From Bispira polyomma (Eukaryota), in the NCBI GenBank assembly GCA_965649765.1, contig OZ287757.1, positions 30,256,001-30,320,000 on the forward strand: a stretch of DNA of 64,000 bases. Direction: 5' to 3'. How positions within the stretch are numbered: position 1 is the stretch's first letter; the number at the start of each line of letters is the position of its first letter. The notes beneath the pieces are model-generated. The model was not told the origin of the DNA, made no database searches, and saw only the letters and a list, made by a program, of their open reading frames with translations. Both the position numbers and the translations under genes were made by a program. Below, in pieces: positions 1-12,510 of the stretch.

Positions 1-109
1 AATATTTAATTACATCCAGTTAAGTGGAAATCCTGCTTAAGTAGAGGTATTTCTATGTGGTACTTTGAAGTTCTACTTAACAGGGTTTAACTGTATTTAC
101 ATGACTGAC

Positions 110-246
110 CTGCAGAGCCACAAAGGCTACAGCCACACTAAATATCACAGTAATCTCCTTACTGCCTTGCTGTATGATGTACACATAGGCTTGACCAAGC
201 ACAAACTTGGATATTAACACAACAGTCACTGCCACGATTGACATAG
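110..246 (-). CDS. TMCO3: TMCO3 coding exon 9 (gene continues beyond window start)
   Basis: CTAG|...|GTCAGT; 137 nt; MSIVAVTVVLISKFVLGQAYVYIIQQGSKEITVIFSVAVAFVALQ. Confidence 0.88.
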
Positions 247-662
247 CTAGAAGATTACAACATAAAAAACAGGCATGGATCAGATAATTTGTGATATTAT
301 GTCATTGTTTAATTTGCAATATATGACAAATATATTACGAAGAAAAAAAACTCACCATCAACCATATTGTAATTAATTTCTCTTTTACTGCATTATTGGG
401 TTGCAAATCATATTCATACTGATCATCTATATACAGTCAAAACCTGTTTAACTAGAACTCTGTAAGCTCAATTTCCCCCTTATGAGGAGCAAAATTTGAA
501 GTTCCTTAAAGCCATTTTCTTTTCTGGTTTGAGGAGTATATTGCTTCTAACCAATTTATGAAAATTTTGAAAATTACATATTTTTTCTAAGACTGCGGCG
601 CTCTTTAAAATGTCAGTGCCCTTGTCAGAATGAAAAGAACAATTGTAAAAGGCCATCATTAC

Positions 663-845
663 CTGCAAGTAATTTAAGAGCGATCCATCCGTACAGATCA
701 AAGAAGCCATGTGCTACCTCTCCTGTCTTAAGAGTCCTCGCCGCTGCGGCCATATTTGGTAACAAAGCCACGAGTAATCCTAGCAACACATCCTGCATGA
801 TGAGAATCCCGAGTAGCACTGAGCCGTAGTCTGTGTTAGATGGGC
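663..845 (-). CDS. TMCO3: TMCO3 coding exon 8
   Basis: TAAG|...|GTAATG; 183 nt, phase 1/1; DYGSVLLGILIMQDVLLGLLVALLP (QD antiporter motif). Confidence 0.92.
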
Positions 846-899
846 CTTAAACGATAAAAAAAAATAGTAGAGATTGGGGAAATTTTATGAATAAAAATA

Positions 900-1073
900 C
901 AGTAGAACCTCTATTTTTCCAAATATTTGATTTTACAAACTCATTTCCACTCCCACCAATTTATGTTTTTCCTACAGTTTTTGTACACAAAGACATCTTC
1001 TATTTTATGAACCTTCTGTTAACCAAACACATTCTTGCTCTCCCAACATGTTCGGATAATAGAGGTTCTACTG
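900..1073. mobile_element. Tc1/mariner-pogo (Tigger-like) MITE family 1, representative copy
   Basis: TIR CAGTAGAACCTCTATT with TA TSD. Other copies at about 5260-5671, 10402-10586, 12008-12177, 26538-27383, 28401-28589, 28631-29083, 38027-38190, 47643-47829 and 48482-48675. Confidence 0.85.
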
Positions 1074-1962
1074 TATAGTGAAAGCTGCTTAAGAGACCCC
1101 CTCTGTATAAACACCACAGTTTTCAGTTTTCATTTCCCCAAGACTAATGTTTGACAACATTCAACCTCTGTGTAAAGATCACCTGTCAATAGAGACCTCT
1201 GTGGGGGGGGGGGGGGGGGGGGGGTTCCTTTGTGTGAATTTTACTGTAGTCACCTAATGCTTGCATTTCCTACAGTTGGTGGCCGCCAACTGAACCAGTG
1301 ATCAAATAACCGAAAGAATGTATCACCCTACCTTAGTAAAACATGTGATTCAGTGTATGTTGGTGACACATAATTAGGTCAAGTACAAAAGGGTGGTGTG
1401 AAGGTAACCAACCCTTAGTTGAATACCACCCATGGTGTTGATACTGTAATATCTGTGTATATCAGTGCATTAAACACTCGGGCTACGTGGGTTTTCCCTT
1501 TAGCTCAACTGTTAGGTGTACTGGACTATTAATCTCAAGATCCATGAGAACCCAGGATCGAATCCCAGCAGTGGCAAGCCTCTTTATAAGTTTACAGCAG
1601 AGCAAAGTAATTTCTGTTTTTTACAATACAGGTGGTCTCTCTCTAGAGATGGTCTCTCATGCAAATTTTACTGTAGTATTTTGCATGCAGGGACCACAAA
1701 TTTGGTTTTAAGTAAGGAATCCAGTAAGGAATCCAAAATTCGCAACTGTAACTGAAATTCACCAACTAGAAAATGTTTGTGTTTTTGGTAAATTTGTGGG
1801 TAATATTTGCTGGAATTGAGACTCTTGTGACTATTTTGCCTTACTTACTAAATTCCAGTTATTTTAAGCCAGTTTTAATTAATTTTGCTTAAATTTTAGA
1901 GTCAGCGAATTTCAGATAGAGTGGCGAATATTTGATTTCCTACTCTATGTACTTGTACTCAC

Positions 1963-2140
1963 TGTCCCCAGAGTTGGCCGAGGTGGGACTCAAAAACTTG
2001 ACTACTAGAGGAGTACTGGAGAGAGATAGGCAGGCCGCCACAAACACACTCTCACTGACCAAGGTGTCCACTAGTAGCCCAATGACCACTCCACACAGGA
2101 TCAGTAGTAAGGTCATAGAGAGGGTACCTAGTGTGGCTAT
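1963..2140 (-). CDS. TMCO3: TMCO3 coding exon 7
   Basis: CACAG|...|GTGAGT; 178 nt; IATLGTLSM...SVFVAACLSLSSTPLVVKFL (SSTxxV motif). Confidence 0.9.
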
Positions 2141-2535
2141 CTGTGAGAGAATAAACAATGTATTACAGTACACAGCACAGGATGAGGTTATTAACAGAGT
2201 ACCTAGTGTGGTAATCTGTGAGAGAATAAACAATGTATTACATATAGATAGGCTTCTACAGGTAGACCAATGACCAGTCCACACAGGATCAGTAGTAAGG
2301 TCATAAAGAGGGTACCTGGTGTGGCTATCTGTGAGAGAATAAACAATATATTACATAAATGAAGGCTTCTACAGGTAGATTAATGACCGCTCCACACAGG
2401 ATCAGTGGAAAGGACATAGAAAGGTGACCTAGTGTAGCAATCTGTGAGTGAATAAACAACGTATTACAGTACACTTCACACAGGATGAGTAGTAAAGTCA
2501 TCAACAGGGTACCTAGTGTGGCTAGTGAGAGAAAA
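2075..2535. repeat. Five imperfect tandem copies of the TMCO3 intron 6/exon 7 junction
   Basis: GTACCTAGTGTGGCTATCTGTGAGAGAATAAACAA recurs near 2125, 2199, 2313, 2426 and 2509. Confidence 0.9.
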
Positions 2536-2575
2536 ACATCATCATTTATAATATTAATATAGTTCATGTGTTTAA

Positions 2576-2860
2576 CCCATTTGCCACCGATGGAGACTAA
2601 TTCTACTATACTAAGGGAGAAAACTTTGACCCACTTCCATGACGTCACAGATGACGTTTTTGGTACTAATTATTACCCCACAAATTAAAACATATATTTA
2701 ATGTTATTTTTAAAGCACTGTGCCACATAGATTGTATTCCTGTGTAGTTGAGGCAGCTTCATAATAATATTATATACCATCCCCTTTTGGTCGACGGACA
2801 TGGCACGGGTGAAAAGAAATGGTCGTTGGCTGCTAATCAATGGACAAGGTCGTCAAGGGG
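2576..2860. mobile_element. piggyBac-like non-autonomous element
   Basis: TTAA|CCC...GGG|TTAA ends with imperfect 13-bp TIRs. Confidence 0.65.
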
Positions 2861-5387
2861 TTAAGGGTTGTGTTCATAATAGGCCACTATTTTTTGATAT
2901 TGTTGGAAATCTTGGGTTCCAGAAAATTATTAATCAGACTTTGGCTTCTTAACTTAAACTTCAAACTTACAAATATGAGTATTTTTCTTGACATGGAACA
3001 TTGTCATCTTCAACTTCTTCTAATGTGTGATATGTTACATTTAAGGTCATATTTACATGTTGATGTAATCTTTATGTAATAATAACGTCCTAATGACATT
3101 AAAATATGTATATTTCATAGTTAAAACCTATTACATTATTGCCTGAATTCTTTGATATATAATTTTAATACCTGAAATTTACACATATATTTCTCCCAGA
3201 TATTTGCCACTTTTTTCTTAGATATATTTTGTTTGAATCAGCCATCGTGTGGCTAAACTGGTTCCTTAGGGAATGGACCATATTAAATGTAAACAAGAAG
3301 AGAATGGCCTGGTGGCCATATCATGATAATGCCACTACAAAAAAAGATACTGACGAGTCTGGAAATAGTGAACGAGTCACTAGTCAGCGATTGAAATGGA
3401 TTTCGAGAACCATCTACTGTGGGTACCAAGTTAGGCAAACCAAAGGCAAAATTCAAATTAAAATCTGAAACACATGTATATACAACCGAATCGCCTTAAA
3501 AATTGTTTTGATAATTTATTTTTCACACAAGTTTGCTTTAAAACCTGATAAAAACAATTTTATATAAATTTTGGTAGCTCACAAAAGTTGGTTTGTTTAC
3601 CTACAAAATTATCGGGTTTTTTGACAGCTCTAGAAACGACCAACCATAATTTATTTTCCAATTTTAATATTTTCATTTTTAGCTGTTATAGCTTGCAAAA
3701 CGTCTGAAATTAGTCCGAAGATAGTGAACCACTAGTTACTATCCCTATAGAGAAAAGAAAGTACTAGTCATTAGTACAGAAGCCACTATAGCACTCCAAA
3801 CAAATCTATCACTTAAATTAATTCCTTGCTAATCAAAGCTCATGTTTAATCCAATTACAGATTTTTTTTACTAAATTGTCGCTGTTCTATGCACAAACAT
3901 TTTACAAATCACAAAATGTATACATAGAATAATTATTTTAGTCACACTTACTTGAATCCTTTAATAAATCTAAGTCATAAAAAGTAAATAAAATAGCACT
4001 CAGCTAAAATGGCTTATAAGTTTTAAGCTTATAAATATAATACACATATATAAATAGTCAGAGAATAAATTTATTTGTTTCCAGGGGATACATTATTTTG
4101 CAAGGGGATACAAAAATTTGGCAAGCCCCCCTGACCATATTTTGTATCCCCACACACTTTTTTTAGCGCTACACTGGTACACTTAGTTCAATTATAATTG
4201 TTACCAAACAAAAAAAATATATTTCCTGCCATCAAAAACCATCCATTTTTGACCCAATATGGTTTATTCTTATTGTGACACATATAGCTTCTGTAATTTT
4301 TATCCTTTAAAATGTTCCAGTTAACCTGTATGCAATATATTAGGTTCACCATATATTTTTTTCTCAGCTTGAAACAGTAAGAAATTTAAAATTTGCTCCT
4401 GTATCTAAAATTCGCCACCGCTAAAATATAAGCCAAATAAATAAAAACTGGCAAAAAATAACTGGTAAGGAAGATAAATTATTCATAAAAATATTAATTT
4501 AAACAACTATTTACTACAATTCTACCCAAAACACAACATTTTACTAGGTTGCAAATTTCAGATGGTGGCAAATTTTATATTCCTTACAGCCACAACCACC
4601 CATTAACCAAGGTATGTATATATATATATGTTATATATCTTCCCAAACCTAATGTTTGTCATGTATAGTATATATTCTTTTTGAAACCATTTAAAAAGGG
4701 CTGTAATGGAACCTTCAATCAAATCTGAGGATCCCAATATTTTAAACTTGAATAACTTCTACTATACTGCATATAATCACACCAAATAAATTTTGGACCA
4801 ACTAGAGACCAAAAAGTGTATATATACCAAATGTAAGAGCACAACTCTCTACAGATTCAGAGATTACCCTGTTGACACGTCGTAACCATGCGTAACCAAG
4901 GGCTTTTACACTATTTCCTTTCACCAGGAAAGCATGATTATGCCAATGCTCATTGGCATAATCATGCAAAAAGGCTTAAAGTTTACAGTTACTCGAACCA
5001 AGTGTTTCCGGCCTGTCACAGCCTTCGCGCAACCAGTGCTACTTCATCACAAGTGCAGTTGAACTTCTATTATCTAATCTTCTATTTTCCCAATATTTGA
5101 ATTTTGGGAACTCATTTCTACTCTCCTAAATTTTAAGCAAATATAACACTTCTATTCTATGAAGCATCTATTATCGAAACAGAAATCACAGTTCACAGTT
5201 ACTCATTCCAAATTTTATCAACCCATCACAGCCCTAGTGTCCCCAGTGCTAATTGTCATACAGTAGAACCTCTATTATCAAGATATTGAAATTTTTTTAA
5301 AAACTCATTTTTACTCTCCCAAATTTTATGCAGAAATATCACTTCTATATTAGGAACCTACTATTATCCCAACAAATTATGTTTGGA

Positions 5388-5640
5388 ATTGTGATATTTA
5401 ACGTCCACACTAGTACCTGTTAAGGTTATATTACGACGGATAGTTGGAAACGCTGGAAGAAACACTGCATACAGTTGGTCAAGATTCTGCACTAAAACCA
5501 GCGGCCCACAGTAAGGAACTACCACCTATCCCACATAGGCATTGACGGGAGTCAAACCCACGACAGCAGATCCCAGAGGTGAGAGACCAGTGATTGTGAA
5601 GCACAAAGCTTGCTAACCACTAGGTCACCGCCCCTCCCCC
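5388..5640 (-). mobile_element. tRNA-derived SINE family A
   Basis: A-box TGACCTAGTGG and B-box-like GGTTTGACTCC on the minus strand; TSD AATTATGTTTGGA; inserted in a MITE. Confidence 0.85.
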
Positions 5641-5705
5641 AATTATGTTTGGATAATAGAGGATTCTACTGTATAGGTAACAATACAAGTTTTGTTGTTG
5701 TTTAC

Positions 5706-5807
5706 CTTTAAGACTTTTTTCAGTGTTGTAGGTGAGAACTCTAATCCTACAGCAAAGAGAATGAAAAATACACCAAATTCTCCTAGCGTCTCCAGCTGGA
5801 CCAGCGA
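5706..5807 (-). CDS. TMCO3: TMCO3 coding exon 6
   Basis: TTTCAG|...|GTAAAC; 102 nt; SLVQLETLGEFGVFFILFAVGLEFSPTTLKKVLK (EFGV..LF..GLEFS CPA2 signature). Confidence 0.95.
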
Positions 5808-6097
5808 CTGAAAAAAATTGTGTCAAAAAAATACATGTAACTGTCAGTTAAAAATTAATACTAGAAACATTTCTTTAATTCAACTTCATTTCTGCAACAT
5901 AACTTGATACAGTGAAACTTGTATAGAAATACCACCCAAATGAACCCTCCAAAGTGGTCTTTATTGAAACATAGTCGGTAAAACAAAATCGGTACCAACT
6001 AGCCCAAACAATAAATAGCGTCGATATCAACAAACAATTTACCTACTAGAATATGACATCGGACAAGATTTTGACAACCTGTGCAGTATTATATTAC

Positions 6098-6226
6098 CTG
6101 TAGTACATTTAAACAAGATGGCCCCAGTAAGACACCAGTGATCACATAGCCAAACATGGTGGGTAAAGTCAACATCTGGCAGATTGAGGCAAAAACAAAG
6201 GAGGTCAGCATCAGGTAGATCACATC
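6098..6226 (-). CDS. TMCO3: TMCO3 coding exon 5 (start of Na+/H+ exchanger domain)
   Basis: TAG|...|GTAATA; 129 nt; DVIYLMLTSFVFASICQMLTLPTMFGYVITGVLLGPSCLNVLQ (GY...G.LLGPS CPA2 motif). Confidence 0.93.
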
Positions 6227-7132
6227 CTAGAACACAGAAAATAGAAAACTTTATTATTTATTGAATGGTCCATGACAAAACAGGGATATATACAGATATA
6301 TAAAGGGATCCTAGGACAGTATTCAAAACAGGGTTAAGTCTAAACCTTGTCCTAAATCTAGCATGAAAGTAAACTAGATAGTTTTTTCTAATTCTGATTA
6401 TAACTAGTTATCCCAAACAATAATACACTAATACGGTAGAAGCTAGGGGTGGGACGGGTGCAAAAAATTGCTTCAAGTGCTCAAGTTCGAAAACCTGACT
6501 CAAATTCGGGTACTCGCGAGGTTTAGTATTTACCAATTGGAAACACCAAAAACAAATATGGCCGTTTCCCGTAGCGATGTTTTTGTGAAAAAACGTCTGA
6601 TATTTTAAAACATATTTAAGAATATGGAATGAAATGTAGGTTATTTGATCAAATCCAAAGTATTATCTGTTTTAACCAGGTCGAAATATGCAAATGTTAT
6701 TACTTTATATCTCTTTTATATATCATGAGCGATAATCTGCTATAATAGCGAGTAGTCAAGTGGAGAAAATGGACTGGATTCCTTGCAAAAATGGGCTCAT
6801 ACAGCGAGTGTCGAGCCCTAGGTTGAATCCTTAGTTATAACCTTCTGCTCAGATAATGGATAGAAGTAATAAGAACTAAGAATAAAATACCATTAATTTT
6901 TTTTGATAACAACCCTGCACCAAGCTAAAATATCTCCAGGTAACAATTCTATTGTATCTCCCCAGGGGCCGTATTCACAAAAGATTCTTAGAATGCAAAT
7001 CTTAAAATTTCTTTGTCTCAGCCAATCAGATTCTTTGAACAAATATTTTCAGCCAATCAAATGTCTTGAGACAGAAATGTTTAAACCATAGAATGTTTTG
7101 TGAATACAAGCCTATATGTGTAAACTCCTTAC

Positions 7133-7363
7133 CTGTATGAGATGGTGGTCTTCATGTGGTATGGTTGTATCTCTACCTTTAGATAAGACAAACTGGTTAT
7201 CTCTGGAGTCCACCAGTTTGATCACACCTTCCGCTCCCTCCTCCTCTTTGGACTTCAGTCCTCTTTCCTCATGACCTCCGTCACCGTCTTTGACATCCTT
7301 CTTTGCCGCGTTATCACTTTCTCCAGATCTTAGCTTGATCACCGTTTCTACATCATCTCCGTT
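7133..7363 (-). CDS. TMCO3: TMCO3 coding exon 4
   Basis: TAG|...|GTAAGG; 231 nt; ends LVDSRDNQFVLSKGRDTTIPHEDHHLIQ, the conserved TMCO3/KEA pre-membrane motif. Confidence 0.92.
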
Positions 7364-8613
7364 CTACAACATTTTCAGCGACAATAAAAACTACTTGTTC
7401 TTAGAGGTGGGACAGCACCGAACATTTGTGGCTGGATATTTGTTCATCAAAAAAAAAACCGCTTCAATTCCTGGATATCGGCTGAAAAAATTAAAACCAA
7501 TTACTGCAAATCGAACAGGAAGTAACCAAATCCAAATAACATATGCGTTATGCCTAGAAACAATACAAAAGTACTAAAACCTCTGAAAATTTCAATAGTC
7601 TACCAACTTAAAACCTATTTTTATGATTCTATAGATATACAGTTAAACCCCTTTAAGTAGAACTCTGTTAAGTCGATTTTTCTTTTAGGTGGAGAAAAAT
7701 TTGTGTCCCCACAAATGTCTTTTCTTTTAAATTCAATCCAGTTGAGTGGAAATCCTAGTGAAGTAGACGTATTATTTCCCCTGATCTCTTAAGGGTGGAC
7801 CTAAAGGCGTTTAACTGTACAACTGTATGTTGTTACGCCTTTGCAGTAAAAAGTTAGCATTTTTTAAATTTTGGTATCTTTTATAATCACGTTATTTAGC
7901 CAAAATGTTGCTAATACCAAGATACTGGGACTACCAACTTGTAGAATTGAACCCTGGGGATTATTACAATTTTGGCTAAATTTGATAATTTTAGCTTTAG
8001 GTGGTCAAAAGTAATCAATTGGCAGTAGATGAACACTAACATTGGCAAATAACAGTATAACTTTTCAGCATATACAGTGAAATAACACCTAGGTAAAAAT
8101 ATAACATTTTACATTTGTATGTAGTATGTTATTCTTAAATTTTAAACTAATAGCAGGTTAATTAAAATTTAGTTTATAACTTTATATACATATGATATGA
8201 CTCAATAGACATATATCACCCAATAGAACTGAGAACAAGCCACAAGACGAATACTCTTCCCAACCGACTACAGTGAGCATGCCACTTTTAAATGTTATTA
8301 TGTGTGTGTGTTTTTTTGAAGGCCAAACACAGCAGTAAAGTCACAGCTTAAAACCAATGGTCATAGTCAAAGTCATGGTCTTAAGTTTTTAGTCTTTGAT
8401 TTTTGCCAAAAATGTTAAGATTTTGGTATTTATTCCCAGTGACAGTAATAAAGATCTTTGCTTCGTGTCAATGTTGCTCTAAACACTAAGACTAACAATA
8501 AGCAGCCTAAAATCTTTTTGACATAAATGTTAAGAAGCTTAAGACTAATTTAGTATGTTAACACTAAGACATTTTGTGACCGATTACATTTGGCAGACAT
8601 TGTTTAATGTGAA

Positions 8614-8878
8614 TTTTTTTTTTTTTTTTTTTAAATTTGGATATTTAACGTCCACTCTAGTACCTGTTTAGGTTATATTGGGACGGGTAGTTGGAAATGC
8701 TGGAGGAAACACTGCATACAGTTGATCAAGGTTCTGCACTAAAACCAGCGGCCCACAGTAAGGAACTACCACCTTTCCCACATAGGCATCGATGGGATTC
8801 GAACTCACGCCGCCCAGAGGTCAGAGACCAGTGATTGTGAAGTGCAATGCTTGCTAACCACTAGACCAGCGCGGCCCC
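8614..8878 (-). mobile_element. tRNA-derived SINE family A
   Basis: Same body; poly-A tail; degenerate TSD TGTTYAATSTGAA. Confidence 0.88.
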
Positions 8879-9892
8879 TGTTCAATCTGAACATGTGTGT
8901 TTCTTTTATAAAGGCCAAATAGATTAAAGCCACAGATTAAAAGCCTGCTGTTGCACACTTACATCAATATCTGTACTTGTGAAAGAGTCAGAATCACAAG
9001 AGTAATGGGTAGTGTCTGACATACACAGAGGATTAGTCTAGTGTACAGTGAGCCAGCATTCTATTTCATTTATAGATAGATTATAGATTATGGAACAGTT
9101 CAATGGAATTAAAATCTCAAAATCATTTAATTAGCAATTGCTTCAACAAGCTGTAACCAAAACTAATGTATATAAATATTCTGACAAGAGTATCTGTCTA
9201 TGCTTTACCAGACAAAAGGAGTGTCTGATTTAATGCTATGTGTCACACACAACATTTCTTGGAACAGGATATGCTATATATAAAGTGAAACAATTTTATC
9301 TAAAATGTGTTTCCCTTTAAATCAGATGCTACTTTGTCATCCTCTTTGCATAGAGAAAAAAACACCATTTAGTATTGAGTCATACAATTTCCAGTTAAGT
9401 AAGAGATTTGAGGGATTTGTTTCTCAACAACAAATGAAACTTTGACTTAAAAGAGGGGGATTCGATAGCCATATGGTTTACATACTTACCATGTTTTATC
9501 TTTTAGTGCACTATTTATATCCATGAACATCTCAATTTTGTTTCGTCTTTATGTCCAGTGTGCAATACCTTTTAGTGCATGCTTATAGCTTAGTATCATG
9601 GTTTGTAGCTGACTTAAACTTACTAACTTTTTTTCATTAAGTTAAACATGTAGAATTTGCCAAAAAAATAGATACATTACCAACTTTCAACAGAGTGAGA
9701 AACCACAATGCAGTTTGAGCATAACTAAGAACCAGCTTAACAAAGAAGTTTAGAACTAAAAGGTAAGAACTAAAAACTTCAGAACCATGTAGATACACAA
9801 ATAGCAGGGATATTTAGTGTTGACAAGGGCTATGAGCTTTCAAGAGTTCTTGGTGCTGAGAGCTATTCACAAGTTTGAATACTTAGATCTTT

Positions 9893-10291
9893 ATTTATTT
9901 ATTTTTTTATTTATTTTTTTGTTGTACATAGTATATACAAGGACAGAACAGTACTCGCAAAATGACAAAATAAAACAAACATTACATAATTACACAACAT
10001 TTACAGTAAATAAAAAGACGTTTAGACTGGTACAGTTATTATACACACAGTATTTTCTCTTTCACAATATATAAGTCAAAATTACCATTTGTGTTATTTG
10101 TGGCTAACTTGAAATGATATTTGTTTTTTGGTTTCTTTTTTTTTCAATTATTTCAAGCTTTTGAATTACTTGATCCAAAATTTTTTATCTTGTTTTCCTT
10201 TTTCCTTTCCGTACATGATTTTTCTAGTGTCTAAAATATTTTATTACTTAAATTCCATTGCTTATGGAATATTTCATATCTTTGTTCTAGT
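9893..10291 (-). mobile_element. 5'-truncated non-LTR retroelement end (L1/Tx1-like) nested in a MITE (9827-10368)
   Basis: T-rich tail at left and 11-bp TSD CTTAGATCTTT (9882-9892, 10292-10302); host has imperfect GGGC..TCAAGA TIRs. Confidence 0.55.
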
Positions 10292-11031
10292 CTTAGATCT
10301 TTTTACGGTTCCAAATTTATGACAGCGCTGCGTATGTCTGCTATGAATTCTTGGAAAAGATCGCCCCCTTGTGGCTTCAGTCAATACAAAAAAATGACCC
10401 ACAGTAGAACCTCTATTTTATGGACTTTTTGGGAGAGTAAGAATTTCTGTGGATAACAGAAGGTCCATAAAATAGAAGTGACATTTTAGTACAAAACAAT
10501 AGCAAAAAAAAGGTTAGGAGAGTGAACTTGAGTTCATGAAATCGAATATTCAGATAATAGAGGGTTGGATAATAGAGGTTCTACTGTATTAATTTTTTTA
10601 TATTTTTGTAATTCAAACATCCAGATGTCAAATTTTATGGACACCTGTCAGCTCTTCTTATAATAATTAACTATAAAAATTTAAGTACTGTATGTTGTAA
10701 ACTGCAGAGACACGCATTTAGATTAATTGCAATATAAATTGACCTATATCAATAAAATACCAAATAAAACTTATTTTATAGCATACAATTATTATGTGGA
10801 ATAATGGGGGGATGGGGGGGGGGGGGGGGTTTCACCCATAATACACAACATGCACCCAGTGACCCCTTTAACCATAGAAAGGTCTGTTTCACACACTGGG
10901 TGAAAGTACATGTACAACTGTTTCCTGGAGCAGTATACTCACACAAAAGGGCTAAGCCAAGACTTTGTCTTAGATCTGGTACATACTTTTGTGCTAGATT
11001 TGGGACAATCTCCCAGGGCTTACAAACTTAC

Positions 11032-11172
11032 CGCCATCTTGTCCTTCACTGCCCCATTAAATAGGTTTTCATTGAGACTTTCTTCCAGGTCATCTGCTGC
11101 CTTGGCCACTTCAGCCAGAAGTTGTTCCATCACTCCAGTGATGTGAGACTTGTTCTCTTTTTCAAGCCCCGC
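11032..11172 (-). CDS. TMCO3: TMCO3 coding exon 3
   Basis: TTTTAG|...|GTAAGT; 141 nt; AGLEKENKSHITGVMEQLLAEVAKAADDLEESLNENLFNGAVKDKMA. Confidence 0.9.
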
Positions 11173-12333
11173 CTAAAAGTTAAGTAACATTGCTGATTAA
11201 AATATGAAGTTCTGTCAGTTATCAAATTATTTAATTTTTTATCAACCCAGTTTGGGTTTACTCTAGTGATAAGAATTGGTCTGTATTTTGCAGTTTGATT
11301 AATTGCTTGATGTTCCAACTGATGATTGACCTGAAATTGATTATTTACATAACTATATTGTAATAAGGTATTAAGTTACTTATCCTGCCATCCCGGGCCG
11401 AATATATTGTGATCCGGTAGGAATTTGGTCAAATTCAAAGTTCAAACTATCTTAAAACATGGAAATGTTAAAATATCTATTAGGTATGAACAGTATTTGG
11501 TGAATAATCGATGGATGACGTGGGAGGATCAATGTTTGATAGTATAAGCTATCTCGATCGATGGATTAACGTTTGCTAACAATCGTTCCATCAATAGTTT
11601 TCACCTAAATTTTACATTTTTTCTATTGTTTCATGGTAGATTAGTTCTTCTAAATCATCAACCTTCTAATATCCAAACAAAACATTGCTCTCCCAAAATG
11701 AACGGAATATAGAAGTTTCAGTGTACCAATTAACATACAGCGGAACCTCCATGAAAATAAGCTTTTTCATTGGCTTAGTCAATTTTAAGAAGTAAAATTA
11801 ATTTATATGTAACTCTTTTTTATCAAATGTTTAGATGACCACTTTATCAACCTTGTACAAGAAATGTAAATTTGGGCCAACTGTTGTTATAAACATTAAA
11901 AAAAAATAAACCACTTTACAAAGAAGTTTGTGTCCATCAGTGAACTTCCTGATGTGATAGGTCACGATAAAAAGTAAAACTAATGCAATCTACAGGTTTA
12001 TCTACAGAATAGAACTTCTATTATCCAAATATTCTATTTTATTAACTCAGTTTCACTCCCCATAATTTTAATTTTCCTACTAATTTATACTAAAATGGCT
12101 TTTCTATTTTACAAACATTCTATTATCTGAATAAAAACTTGCTCTCCTGACATGTTTGGATAATAGAGGTTTTACTGTATGACTTTCACTGTAAAGCATG
12201 GTTTAATTTCTTTCTGCTTGCAAATTTCAAAACACTGATCATGACATTAAATACTCAATTCTAAGCCTTAAACAATTTTATATGCATATATGGCCACGGA
12301 AAAAAACCAAGGTCACACAGACCTTGACCTTAC

Positions 12334-12510
12334 CTGAGCCTGTACAATGATGCTATACTCTTGCTCTTCCACCAAGGCAGCATCTCTCAGGGCCTGTAAT
12401 CTAGCCTTACTCTTCTCCTGCAGACTGATAATATTCTTGTAATCCCCCTTCAGTACTGAATCCAACCAATCCAGAGATTGAAGAATACCGCCCTCAGTTT
12501 CATTAAGCTC
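12334..12510 (-). CDS. TMCO3: TMCO3 coding exon 2 (coiled coil)
   Basis: CAG|...|GTAAGG; encodes ELNETEGGILQSLDWLDSVLKGDYKNIISLQEKSKARLQALRDAALVEEQEYSIIVQAQ, matching the TMCO3 ELNE..GDYK..RLEALR motif. Confidence 0.93.

Noticed and set aside
1495-1580. tRNA-like sequence with A/B boxes
   Set aside because: No convincing cloverleaf or acceptor stem; more likely a decayed SINE head. The same applies to the SINE-A heads.
9490-9608. Possible poison exon in TMCO3 intron 3 (strong ATG|GTAAGT donor)
   Set aside because: The candidate acceptor lacks a polypyrimidine tract, and flanking exons already join in phase.
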